From Octopus sinensis (taxonomy: Eukaryota), in the NCBI RefSeq assembly GCF_006345805.1, contig NC_043006.1, positions 14,446,001-14,510,000 on the forward strand: 64,000 nucleotides of DNA. Direction: 5' to 3'. Each line of letters begins with the position of its first letter. Position 1 is the stretch's first letter. The notes beneath the pieces are model-generated. The model worked only from the letters and a program-made list of their open reading frames with translations. It was not told the origin of the DNA and ran no database searches. Positions 48,686-60,825 of this stretch are shown here, one piece after another. A program made the translations under genes and the position numbers.

Positions 48686-48942
48686 TCATCATCATCATCA
48701 TCATCGTTTAGCGTCCGCTTTCCATGCTGGCATGGGTTGGACGGTTCAACTGGGGTCTGGGAAGCCAGGAGGCTGCACCAGGCCCAGTCTAATCCGGCAA
48801 TGTTTCTACGGCTGGATGCCCTTCCTAACGCCAACCACTCCATGAGTGTAGTGGGTGCTTTTTACGTGCCAGACGGGGCTGGCAAACGGCCATGATCGGA
48901 TGGTGCTTTTTACATGCCACCGGCACGGAGGCCAGGCGGGGC
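48686..48942 (-). mobile_element. RTE 3' UTR copy
   Basis: Reverse complement of the RTE tail. Confidence 0.85.
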
Positions 48943-49072
48943 TTACAACAAAATACTTTTCACAATTCTGAACATTGTTTTCACTTTGGCTGTGCTGAAA
49001 TGCATATTTGTATGCATGTTTTTCCTAGATCATTCATTTCTTTTTTTAGAAACTGTCTGGGGTGGGGAGTAG

Positions 49073-49630
49073 TGTAGGACCTCATTTGGCCTTGCCTACT
49101 TGAGATTCGAAACCAAACCCATGCACTTGTCACTTGTCAGACAAGTGTGTGATCCCTTGTGTTTTCATTTCCACACCATGTGATTAATGGGAAACACTTG
49201 ACCTCCCAGGTCATTTGCTGGCCATCAAAGGTTCAGTCCTTTGTTTAGGTTTTGACCTGCTTCCTGGTCACACACTATATAATGGAGAATTCTGTTTCTC
49301 TGACCCCTTCAGCTAATGAAGAGCATCTTTCAACTAAGACAGAAACTATACCATCTTTACCCTTTCTTTCTCTCTGTCAGCAGAGTGCACTCTTTCAGCA
49401 GAACGTGCAACAACCAACCAACAACCTGCAAGCGGCAAACACACTAACACATTGTTGTTATTGACTATGTACAATTACTACTATTTGACTTACTAATCAC
49501 TTGCCAGCAAATGAATTTGGATATTCTTTTCCGTTTGATGTTATTCTTCACTCTGTATCTCCAATGTGAGGACTTTACACTACGATTGGAGTTGTTACAT
49601 TTTTTTCTGCTACAACAGGTGACCCCAAAG
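49073..49630 (+). mobile_element. Putative LTR (49073-49614) plus degenerate PBS
   Basis: TGTAGGAC...GCTACA-ACA-GGTGACCCCAAAG; shares both ends with 46619. Confidence 0.5.
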
Positions 49631-49671
49631 ACAAGAACAACAGTCTTCACATCATGCCTGTCACATATATA

Positions 49672-50105
49672 TACAAGAGGTTTCTTTTAGTTTCTGTCTA
49701 CCAAGTCCACTCACAAGGCCTGGGTCAGCCCTAGGCTATTATAGAAGACACTTGCCCAAGGTATCATGCAGTAAGGTGGCGACCTGGCTGAAACGATAGT
49801 GCACCAGGCGAAATACTTAGCGGTATTTCGTCTGCTGTTATGTTCTGAGTTCAAATTCTGCCGAGGTCAACTTTGCCTTTCATCTTTTCGGGGTTGATAA
49901 ATTAAGTACAAGTTATGCACTGGGGTCGATAAATTAAGTACCAGTTATGCACTGGGGTCGATGTAATTGACTTAATCCGTTTGTCTGTTCTTGTTTGTCC
50001 CCTCTGTGTTTAGCCCCTTGTGGGTAGTAAAGAAGTAGGTATCATGCAGTAAGATTGAACCTGGAGCCATGTAGTTGGGAGCAAATTTCTTACCACACTG
50101 CCATG
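49672..50105. mobile_element. SINE family A (minus) split by SINE family B (plus, about 49776-50037)
   Basis: TSD GGTATCATGCAGTAAG on both sides of the family-B copy. Confidence 0.8.
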
Positions 50106-50969
50106 TTAGATCATAAGTTTATTTGATATAATTCTCAACCTTGCAAAAAATTTTTAAAAAACATCATAAATAGGGGTTTTACTTCTATAGGTGCAGGTAT
50201 TACTGTGTAATTGAGTTCGCATACCAACTACATTCCCAGCCATATAGTTGGGAATTCAGTCCCACTGCATGGCACCTTGAGCAAGTGTCTGTAGCCCTGA
50301 GTGCTGACCAAAGCCTTATGGGTGGATATGGGAGACAGAAAGTGAAAAAGACTCTGTGTGTGTGTGTAATAGTTGTAAACAAGAGCCACCATCATATAAC
50401 AGGTGTTGTTCATGTCCAATTTTCTGTGAAAACATATCTAACAATGCAGAAGTGGTACCTTGCTTGGAAATAGTCAAGGGTCAGTGACAGCAGAGGCATC
50501 TGACCACAGAAAAATCTGCCTCACTGGATTGCATGTTACCCATGCAAGCACATAAAAGGGAACATTAAAATGATGCTAAGGATAATGATTATGCCATAAC
50601 CTTTTCAATAATGATTTCATCGCTTTTGGGGTCAATAAATTAAGTACCAGTTGCACACTGGGGTCGATCTAATCAACTGGCTCCCTCTCCAAACATTTCA
50701 AGCTTTGTGCCTAGAGTAGAAAAGAATAATGATTTCATCAGGATTTTAGAGAAGAAAATTAATATTTAATTTTGTGATATTTAGTTGGAAGCAATAATCA
50801 GCATTTCATTAATTGCTATTTTTATTAATGAGCAATAAATCAATTTCACTAGATGAATGAAATAATAAAGTTAAATGTTATAATTTTTCCCTTGACTTAT
50901 ATTTATACTTTATTTTAAACTTTATTTTTCTTGAATACATGCATACATATATACATACATATATATATA

Positions 50970-51132
50970 GGCGCAGGAGTGGCTGTGTGGTAAGTAGCTT
51001 GCCTACCAACCACATGATTCCAGGTTCAGTCCCACTGCATGGCACCTTGGGCAAGTGTCTTCTACTATAGCCTTGGGCCGACCAAAGCCTTGTGAGTGGA
51101 TTTGGTAGACGGAAACTGAAAGAAGCCCGTCG

Positions 51133-51165
<33 letters not shown>

Positions 51166-51374
51166 GTGTGTGTATGTGTGTCTGTGTTTGTCCCTCTAGC
51201 ATTGCCTGACAACCGATGCTGGTGTGTTTATGTCCCCGTCACTCAGCGGTTCGGCAAAAAGAGACCGATAGAATAAGTACTGGGCTTACAAAGAATAAGT
51301 CCCGGGGTCGAGTTGCTCAACTAAAAGGCGGTGCTCCAGCATGGCCGCAGTCAAATGACTGAAACAAGTAAAGA

Positions 51375-51376
<2 letters not shown>
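50970..51376 (+). mobile_element. Full-length SINE family A
   Basis: As for 4145. Confidence 0.9.
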
Positions 51377-51429
<53 letters not shown>

Positions 51430-51637
51430 TAAAAACGGTAAGATAACAAAAGAAAGAGACCTCAATATTATGTAAATAGAGGAAATTTATCTGTAAATAA
51501 TATGTGACAATTACTCAATAGTCAAGATAAAATATATATATATATACTAATACAATTGTTTGTTTGTATTCCAACTGCCTTCGTCTTTTGTCTATTTTCA
51601 TAAAGCTTCCCGTTATATATATATCTACACACATATT

Positions 51638-51678
<41 letters not shown>

Positions 51679-52109
51679 TGCATACATACACACACACACA
51701 CACACATATATATATGCACAACTCATACACACACAAACACACATCATTTAACAAATTAAACAGTATTTTCATATTGTCCATCAATGCATTCTATGTGGAT
51801 TTTTTCCCTATTTTGTTTATATTTTATTTTATCATTTTGTTTTATGCATTTCATTATATTGAAGAACAATACAAAATGTTGAACATCATACAAAAGGTGG
51901 AAACCACATTTTGTATTGAAGAGGGAGACAGATGTAAAAAAATACCAAAGGTTTGATCATAGTCAGTCAGGCGGAACATTATGAAAGAAATTATATTTAT
52001 ATAGGTAAAATATTGATTTATTACTTTGGCACAAAGCCCCAAACTCGGCTATATTTGAATGTGATATAGTCAATTGAATAGACTCATATATATATAGGCC
52101 TCATATATA

Positions 52110-52260
52110 GGCGCAGGAGTGGCTGTGTGGTAAGTAGCTTGTTTACCAACCACATGGTTCCGGGTTCAGTCCCACTGCGTGGCACCTTGGGTAAGTGTCT
52201 TCTACTATAGCCTCGGGCCGACCAAAGCTGAAACAAGTAAAAGAGAGAGAGAGTAAAGAG
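52110..52260 (+). mobile_element. Internally deleted SINE family A
   Basis: Head joined directly to CTGAAACAAGTAAAAGAG. Confidence 0.8.
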
Positions 52261-52505
52261 TATATGTATGTATAAAAAAAAATGTATGTATGTATGTATG
52301 TATGTATGTATGTATGTATGTATGTATGTATGTATGTATGTATGTGTGTATGTATGTATGTGTGTATGTGTGTATGTATGTATGTATGTATGTATGTATG
52401 TATGTTTGTATTTTTGTATGTATGTATGTATTTATGTATGTATGTATGTATGTATGTGTGTATGTATGTATGTGTGTATGTATGTATGTATGTATGTGTG
52501 TGTGT
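52260..52505. repeat. (TATG)n microsatellite
   Basis: Direct inspection. Confidence 0.95.
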
Positions 52506-52690
52506 ATCATTAGTAAAGATCTCTCTTCCATACTAGTATGGCTTGGGTGGTTTGACAGGATCCATGGAGCTGTCAAAGGACTGAATCAAGTTCCAGTTTC
52601 TTCTTTGACATGGTTTCTAAAGCAAGATACTCTCCCTAACTCCATATTTATATGTGTGTGTGTATTTGCACATATATATATATATATATA

Positions 52691-53101
52691 GGCACAGGAG
52701 TGGCTGTGTGGTAAGTAGCTTGTTTATCAACCACATTGTTCCGGGTTCAGTCCCACTGCGTGGCATCTTGGGCAAATGTCTTCTACTATAGCCTCGGGCC
52801 GACCAAAGCCTTGTGAGTGGATTTGGTAGACGGAAACTGAAAGAAGCCTGTCGTATATATATATATATATATATATATATGCATGTGTGTGTTTGTGTGT
52901 CTGTGTTTGTCCCCCTAGCATTGCTTGACAACCGATGCTGGTGTGTTTATGTCCCCGTTACTTAGCGGTTCGGCAAAAGAGACCGATAGAATAAGTACTG
53001 GGCCTACAAAAGAATAAGTCCCGAGGTCAAGTTACTCGATTAAAGGCGGTGCTCCAGCATGGCCGCAGTCAAATGACTGAAACAAGTAAAAGAGAAAAGA
53101 G
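52691..53101 (+). mobile_element. Full-length SINE family A
   Basis: As for 4145. Confidence 0.9.
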
Positions 53102-53454
53102 AAAGAGAATATATATATATATAGAGAGAGAGAGAGATGTATATGTATGTATGTATATATATATTCGAGTGAGTGTGTGTGTGTGTGTATTTTCCGAATT
53201 TGTGTAAATGTGTACAGAATAATATATCAGTTGAATAAAGTTAAAACATGGTCTACTTTTCACGTTTTTTATTATTGTATTTAAAAAGATTTCTATAGAA
53301 TGTTGAAGTGTGTTAAATATTAAAAAATATCTTGTAATGTTCATAAAGTTCAATTAGTGCTTGCATACGTTCGTAGTAATCATCAGATTTCCAAATGTAT
53401 TTAAATGGCAGTTGAGTTCTTGACATATAAGATATATGTATATATAAATATATA

Positions 53455-53679
53455 TGTCTCTGTGCGTATGTTTATGTGACCGTGTGTGTATCGTTGGCGA
53501 TTTTCTTTCTCCGTCTTCCCTTCCTTGGACCTTTCCTTTTTCTATGTTTCTGACGAAGAGCTCTGCTCGAAACGTTAAATCCCCCTTCTTTCTTTCCTTT
53601 CCTGAGTGTCCAATAAACACTATACTTGTTCAACATCCTTGCATTGTTGTGTTTTCTCTTTGTTCATGTTTGGAGTAAC

Positions 53680-53680
<1 letters not shown>
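53455..53680 (+). mobile_element. Penelope-like fragment between (TA)n tracts
   Basis: Carries an intact hammerhead core; pyrimidine-rich body. Confidence 0.5.
53546..53580 (+). ncRNA. Minimal type I hammerhead ribozyme, intact core
   Basis: GTTT-CTGACGA-A-GAGC-TCT-GCTC-GAAAC-GTT-AAAT. Confidence 0.7.
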
Positions 53681-53746
<66 letters not shown>

Positions 53747-53808
53747 AAAAATATATATATATGTATATATATATATTTATATATATTTATATATATATAT
53801 ATATATAT

Positions 53809-54690
53809 CATCTTAATTATATATCGTTGTCTCATGTCTTGTGTTAAATATATATTTAATCTTAAAGCTTGCCCCTAATTTTATTTTATTTTATCGATCA
53901 GTCTCACGCCTCGTAGATATAGAATAAATGTATTTATAATTTATAGCTCCTTATCGTTCACGCTTCCCCCATAGATTAGGCAAAATTTAGGTATTTATAG
54001 CTACTAATAACTATTTCTCTCCCAAGGAAGGAAGAATGGCTGCCGGCCGATTCTTGGCGGGCCACGACCCCCCCCCCTCGTTCCTCTTCAATTGTCTTAT
54101 ATCTCTTTCGATCGCCATTCGGCCCCCTTCTCCGCCACCCTATATGCATATAAACCAGCGACTGATTTTAACGGCCTCACTTGAATTCAGACTGTTATCC
54201 GACTCCCTACGAAAAATACGAAATACGAAAAATGAATCCAAGCTAAGCAATCTATATTTAATTTCAACCCGTGTACCTACTTACCTATCTGCAACTGATC
54301 TGATCTTTTAGTTAGCCCTGTTTTATCTCTATTAGTATTATTGTTATGACTTGTGAAATTTAGCCTCACGCCTTGTGTCTTTTTATATGTACATATAATT
54401 CTATAGTTCATCTTAATTATATATCGTTGTCTCATGTCTTGTGTTAAATATATATTTAATCTTAAAGCTTGCCCCTAATTTTATTTTATTTTATCGATCA
54501 GTCTCACGCCTCGTAGATATAGAATAAATGTATTTATAATTTATAGCTCCTTATCGTTCACGCTTCCCCCATAGATTTGGCAAAATTTAGGTATTTATAG
54601 CTACTAATAACTATTTCTCTCCTAAGAAAGGAATGGCTGCCGCCCGGTTTTCTCTCCTAAGAGAGGAATGGCTGCCGCCCGGTTTTCGCG
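53809..54690 (+). repeat. 600-bp-period direct repeat plus a 35-bp tandem duplication upstream of the RTE ORF
   Basis: 53809-54022 vs 54409-54622 differ at one base; TCTCTCCTAAG..GGCTGCCGCCCGGTTTT twice. Confidence 0.9.
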
Positions 54691-54876
54691 GTGCACCCGC
54701 CCTCCCACCCCCACCACCGGTACAGGAAGTCCTAAATTTTCTCATCCTTGTCTCCCTTATACACTTCAAAGTCTTACGCCACCCCCACCCCTCTTCCATA
54801 AAAGGTAGTGGTCAGTCATTGCAAGATATGTTTAGTGTTGTGTACGAGGTTTGAACTTAAGTTCCATTGTTTGTCT

Positions 54877-57800
54877 ATGAATACTGCCAAACGCGAGTTT
54901 TCTTTTCAGGTCCATGACGCTATTAGGACCAATACCACTTCCACCCCCACCCACAGCCTCAGGGTTGGCACCCTCAACGTTGGCACACTGAAAGGCAGAT
55001 CTGGCGAGATAGTTGAATTGCTTGAACGGAGGTGGGTTGATATATGCTGCATCAAGAAGTGAGGTGGAGAGGAGGTTCTGCTAGGTTCCTCACAGGCAAA
55101 GGACAGAGGTACAAGATTTTCTGGGCTGGGAATACTGACGGAGTCGGGGGTGTGGGCATGCTTATCGCCGAAAAATGGGTAGATAAGGTAATCGAGGTAG
55201 TCAGAGTAAGTGACAGAATAATTAAGATTAGATTAGTGCTCCACCATAGTTTAGCAACTATTATATCGGCCTATGCCCCTCAGCCAGGGCTACCTGATGG
55301 ACAGAAAGACTGTTTCTATGACACCCTACTGCAGACCACATCATTGACGAACGACAGGGACCTTCTCTTTGTGGCTGGTGACTTCAATGGGCATGTTGGA
55401 CGATGTGCTGGGGGCTTCCATGGCGTGCATGGAGGCTACGGTTATGGTTCCCGCAATGAGGAGGGAACCAGGCTGCTGGAGTTCTGCGATGCGAATAGTC
55501 TTATGATTTGCAACACTAACTTCAGGAAACCGACAAGCCACCTGGTCACCTACCGATCGGGCCGGCATACTAGCCAAATCGACTACATCCTTGCCAGAAA
55601 AAGGGAAAGATGGCTGCTTATAAATGCCAAAACCTTCCCAGGTGAAGAATGCACCCCACAACATAGACTGGTAGTTAGTGACTTTAGGATCAGGACTAAG
55701 AGGGCGACTAGAAGACGACCAACATGGAGAAGAAGGGTCTGGAAGCTTAAAGACCCTGCGAATGGACAGAGATTTAGAGATATGTTATTTGAAGCCTTAG
55801 ACGAAATGGAAGGGAGTATAGCTACGCATGGGGTAGAAGACAACTGGACGCTTCTGAGGGACAACCTGCTGAAAGCCGCTGACCAGATCTGTGGCTGGTG
55901 CAAAGTCCCCTTAAGACCCAAAATAACGTGGTGGTGGAACAATATTGTTGACAGGGCTATTAGACAAAAGAAACAGGCTTGGAAGGCCTGGAAGAACGGT
56001 GGTAGCAGGGAAGTGTATCAGTCTGCCAGAAGGGAAGCCAGAGACAGGTCTATCTAGCCAGAGGGGAGGCAGATAAGGAAAAATTTGCCAATGTCCTGCA
56101 TCGTGAGGATGAAAGACTTGAGGTATTTCGTGTTGCAAGACAGTGTGTGAGAGAGAATCGTGACGTGGTAGGAGAGAAATGTGTTCGCAAGGAGGACGGT
56201 TCACTTGCGCTTAATGAGGATGCAAGAGAGAGGCTTGGAGACGCCACTATGATAGGTTGCTGAATGAAGAAAATGAATGGGATAAAGAGAGTCTGCCGAA
56301 TGTCGACCCAACAGAGGGACCAGCAATCCGAGTTAACAGTTCCTTAGTAGATAAGGCAATTAGAAGCATGAAAACAGGGAAAGCCCCAGGCCCATCAGGA
56401 ATTACTGCAGAGATGCTCAAAATATCTGGTGGTGTCGGCTATAGCTTAGTCACCCGTATAGTTAACCAGGTGATACACGAGGGGGTCATACCCAATGACT
56501 GGTGTAGCAGCATAATAGTCAACTGCTACAAAGGTAAAGGCGACGCCCTAGAGACAAATAACTACAGGGGCATCAAGCTGCTGGATCAGGTAATGAAGGT
56601 TACGGAGAGGGTTATAGCCCAACTAATTAGAGAGAGAGTTAGCTTAGATGATATGCAGTTTGGGTTCGTGCCAGGGAAAAGTACTACTGATGCTATATTC
56701 CTGGTAAGACAGCTGCAGGAGAAATACCTAGCCAAAGATAAGCCCTTGTACCTGGCTTTTGTTGACTTGGAGAAAGCCTTTGACAGGGTCCCCCGGTCCC
56801 TTATCTGGTGGTCAATGAGGAAACTAGGGATAGAAGAATGGTTGGTGAGAGCTGTGCAAGCCATGTACAGAGACGCTGCTAGTAAGGTGAGGGTTGGCAA
56901 CGAGTACAGTGAAGAATTCCGGGTAGAGGTTGGGGTCCACCAAGGTTCAGTCCTCAGTCCCCTCCTATTTATCATAGTCCTCCAGGCAATAACGGAGGAA
57001 TTCAAGACAGGTTGCCCCTGGGAGCTCCTCTATGCTGACGACCTTGCTCTAATTGCTGAGTCACTATCAGAACTGGAGGAGAAGTTTCAGGTGTGGAAAC
57101 AAGGATTAGAATCGAAGGGCCTTAGAATCAACCTAGCCAAAACCAAAGTCCTAATAAGTAGGAAGGTAGATCAATCACAAACGCCTTCAGGTAGATGGCC
57201 CTGCTCGATCTGTAAAAAAGGTGTAGGTAGAAACTCTATAAGATGCACCAAGTGTAAGCTATGGACACATAAGAGGTGCAGCAATGTCAAAGGAAGGCTA
57301 ACTAGGAAAATAGTTTTTGTCTGTGGCAAATGCTCAGGAGCAATAAACACTGGAAATGTGCAGAGACCAACTTCTGCCACGTTCCAGGGAGACAAACTAG
57401 AAGTAGTTGATAGCTTCCGCTACCTAGGAGACCAAGTCAGTAGCGGGGGTGGGTGTGCTGAAAGTGTAACTGCTAGAGTAAGAATAGCCTGGCAAAGTTT
57501 AGAGAGCTCTTACCCCTGCTGGTGACAAAAGGCCTCTCGCTCAGAGTAAAAGGCAGACTATATGATGCGTGTGTACGTACAGCCATGCTACATGGTAGTG
57601 AAACATGGGCCGTGACTGCTGAGGATATGCGTAAGCTTGCAAGAAATGAAGCCAGTATGCTCCGATGGATGTGTAATGTCAGTGTTCATAATCGTCAGAG
57701 TGTAAGTTCCTTGAGAGAAAAGTTGAACCTAAGAAGCGTCAGTTGTGGCGTGCAAGAGAGACGGCTGCGCTGGTATGGTCATGTGACGAGAAAGGCTGAA

Positions 57801-57983
57801 GATAGTTGTGTGCAAAAGTGCTACACCCTAGCAGTTGAGGGAACCTGTGGAAGAGGTAGACCCAGGAAAACCTGGGACGAGGTGGTGAAGCATGACCTTC
57901 GAACTTTAGGTCTCACTAAGGAAATGTCTAGAGACCGAGACCTATGGAAGTATGCTGTGCGTGAGAAGACCCGGCAAGACTAG
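54877..57983 (+). pseudogene. RTE ORF (APE endonuclease, RT, PHD finger); about 1036 aa after restoring four 1-bp deletions
   Basis: GTLNVGTL, AGDFNGHVG, SQIDYIL..PQHRLV, KAPGP, YRGIKL, VDLEKAFDRV, GVHQGSVLSP, LLYADDL, FRYLG; frame breaks near 55053, 56041, 56224, 57492. Confidence 0.93.
57202..57333 (+). other. PHD-type (C4HC3) zinc finger inserted in the RT C-terminal region
   Basis: C-x2-C-x10-C-x2-C-x4-H-x2-C-x14-C-x2-C in the translation. Confidence 0.75.
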
Positions 57984-60520
57984 TCAGGCCATAACCCGTG
58001 GCCCCTACCTGGGACGTAGTCAGTCCTGTGCATACCTTCCTTCTTGTGACACTTATGAAGACCTGTTGAGGCAAGTGAAAATCAAATCAAATCAAAACAA
58101 ATCAAAATAGATGAACATCAGTGGAATTGTATTCTTTGTGGTACCAGTGCCGGTGGCACACAAGAAAACCACCCAAAGGTGGCCGTAGCCAGTACCGCAT
58201 CGACTGGCCTCCGTGCTGTGGGCACAACAAACACCATCCGATCGTGGCCGTTCGCCAGCCTCATCTGGCACCTGTGCCGGTGGCACATAAAGACACCATC
58301 CGAAGACCCGGCGACGTAGTCAGTCCACCTGTGCATACCTTCCCTCTTATGACACTTGTGAAGACCTGTTGAGGCAAGTGTGTGACACTTGTGAAGACCT
58401 GTTGAGGCAGAGGCAAGTGTGTGACACTTGTGGAGACCTGTTGAGGCAAGTGTGTGACCCTTGTGAAGACCTGTTGAGGCAAGTGAAAATCAAACCAAAT
58501 CAAAATAGATGAATATCAATGGAATTTGTATCTTTGTGGTTCCAGTACCGGTGGCACACAAGAAAACCACCCAAAGGTGGCCGTAGCCAGTACCGCATCG
58601 ACTGGCCTCCGTGCTGTGGGCACAACAAACACCATCCGATCGTGGCCGTTCGCCAGCCTCATCTGGCACCTGTGCCGGTGGCACATAAAGACACCATCCG
58701 AAGACCCGGCGACGTAGTCAGTCCACCTGTGCATACCTTCCCTCTTATGACACTTGTGAAGACCTGTTGAGGCAAGTGTGTGACACTTGTGAAGACCTGT
58801 TGAGGCAGAGGCAAGTGTGTGACACTTGTGGAGACCTGTTGAGGCAAGTGTGTGACCCTTGTGAAGACCTGTTGAGGCAAGTGAAAATCAAACCAAATCA
58901 AAATAGATGATATCAATGGAATTTGTATCTTTGTGGTTCCAGTACCGGTGGCACACAAGAAAACCATCCGAACGTGGCCGTAGCCAGTACCGCATCTACT
59001 GGCCTCCGTGCTGTGGGCACAACAAACACCATCTGATCGTGGCCGTTCGCCAGCCTCACCTGGCACCTGTGTCGGTGGCACATAAAAACACCATCCAAAG
59101 ACCCGGCGACGTAGTCAGTCCACCTGTGCATACCTTCCCTCTTATGACACTTGTGAAGACCTGTTGAGGCAGAGGCAAGTGTGTGACACGTGTGACACTT
59201 GTGAAGACCTATTGAGGCAAGTGAAAATCAAACCAAATCAAAATAGATGAACATCAATGGAATTTGTATCTTTGTGGTTCCAGTACCGGTGGCACACAAG
59301 AAAACCATCCGATCGTGGCCGTTCGCCAGCCACATCTGGCACCTGTGTCGGTGGCACATAAAGACACCATCCGAAGACCCGGCGACGTAGTCAGTCCACC
59401 TGTGCATACCTTCCTACTTATGACACTTGTGAAGACCTGTTGAGGCAAGTGTGTGACACTTGTGTAGACCTGTTGAGGCAAGTGAAAATCAAAATCAAAT
59501 CAAATCAAATCAAACCAAATCAAAATAGATGAACATCAATGGAATTTGTATCTTTGTGGTACCAGTACCGGTGGCACACAAGAAAACCATCCGAACGTGG
59601 CCGTAGCCAGTACCGCATCGACTGGCCTCTGTGATGTGGGCACATAACAAACACCATCCGATCGTGGCCGTCCGCCAGCCTCATCTGGCACCTGTGTCGG
59701 TGGCACATAAAAACACCAACCGAAGACCCGGCAAGACTAGTCAGGCCATAAACCGTGGCCCCTACTTGGGACGTAGTCAGTCCACCTGTGCATACCTTCC
59801 TTCCTTCTTGTGACACTTGTGAAGACCTGTTGAGGCAAGTGAAAATCAAATCAATCAAATCAAATCAAAATAGATGAACATCAATGGAATTTGTATCGTT
59901 GTGGTACCAGTGCCGGTGGCACACAAGAAAACCATCCGAACGTGGCAGTAGCCAGTACCGCATCGACTGGCCTCCGTGCTGTGGGCACGCAACAAACACC
60001 ATCCGATCGTGGCCGTTCGCCAGCCTCATCTGGCACCTGTGTCGGTGGCACATAAAAACACCATCCGAAGACCCGGCAAGACTAGTCAGGCCATAACCCG
60101 TGGCCCCTACCTGGGACGTAGTCAGTCCACCTGTGCATACCTTCCTTCTTGTGACACTTGTGAAGACCTGTTGAGGCAAGTGAAAATCAAATCAAATCAA
60201 AACAAATCAAAATAGATGAACATAAATGGAATTTGTATCTTTGTGGTACCAGTGCCGGTGGCACACAAGAAATCATCCGAACGTGGCCGTAGCCAGTACC
60301 GCATAGACTGGCCTCCGTGCTTTGGGGACGTAACAAACACCATCCGATCGTGGCCGTCCGCCAGCCTCGTCTGGCACCTGTGTCGGTGGCACATAAAACA
60401 CCATCCGAGCGTGGCCGTCTGCCAGCCTCGTCTGGCACCTGTGTCGGTGGCACATAAAACACCATCCGAGCGTGGCCGTTCGCCAGCCTCGTCTGGCACC
60501 TGTGTCGGTGGCACATAAAA
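57965..60520 (+). repeat. Seven-unit tandem array (about 276-398 bp per unit) of the RTE ORF end and 3' UTR
   Basis: Units start with (G/A)AAGACCCGGC at 57965, 58302, 58700, 59097, 59373, 59722, 60067. Confidence 0.93.
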
Positions 60521-60689
60521 TCACCCACTACACTCTCGGAGTGTTGGCGTTAGGAAGGGCATCCAGCTGTAGAAACACTGCCAGATCTGACTGGCCTGGT
60601 GCAGCCTTCGGGCTCCCCAGACCCCAGTTGAACCGTCCAACCCATGCTAGCATGGAAAACGGACGCTAAATGATGATGATGATGATGAT

Positions 60690-60698
60690 GATATATAT

Positions 60699-60790
<92 letters not shown>

Positions 60791-60825
60791 ATAGATATAG
60801 ATATATATATATATATATAGATATA
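60690..60825. repeat. (GATA)n/(TA)n microsatellite
   Basis: Direct inspection. Confidence 0.95.

Larger units (their letters stand above)
54640..60692 (+). mobile_element. Near-full-length RTE-clade LINE; 5' end may extend to 53809
   Basis: Single APE-RT ORF, 3' UTR ending GGAAAACGGACGCTAAA(TGA)n. Confidence 0.92.

Noticed and set aside
51495-51530. Possible decayed hammerhead (CTATTGA-GTAA..TTAC-AGATA, minus)
   Set aside because: Both core segments deviate from consensus; unsupported without a family consensus.
53370-53410. Minus-strand CTGATGA..GAAC and a short ORF MSRTQLPFKYIWKSDDYYER
   Set aside because: No stem II pairing; ORF under 40 codons with no recognisable motif.
54895-54912. 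Strong splice-acceptor-like TTTTCTTTTCAG inside the RTE 5' region
   Set aside because: No upstream donor gives an in-frame product, and the unspliced frame is already open.
55341-57395. Antisense ORFs over the RTE
   Set aside because: Shadow ORFs of a long coding sequence.
57965-60520. CRISPR-like repeat-spacer appearance
   Set aside because: The 'spacers' are themselves repeated, the units derive from the LINE 3' UTR, there are no cas genes and the context is eukaryotic.
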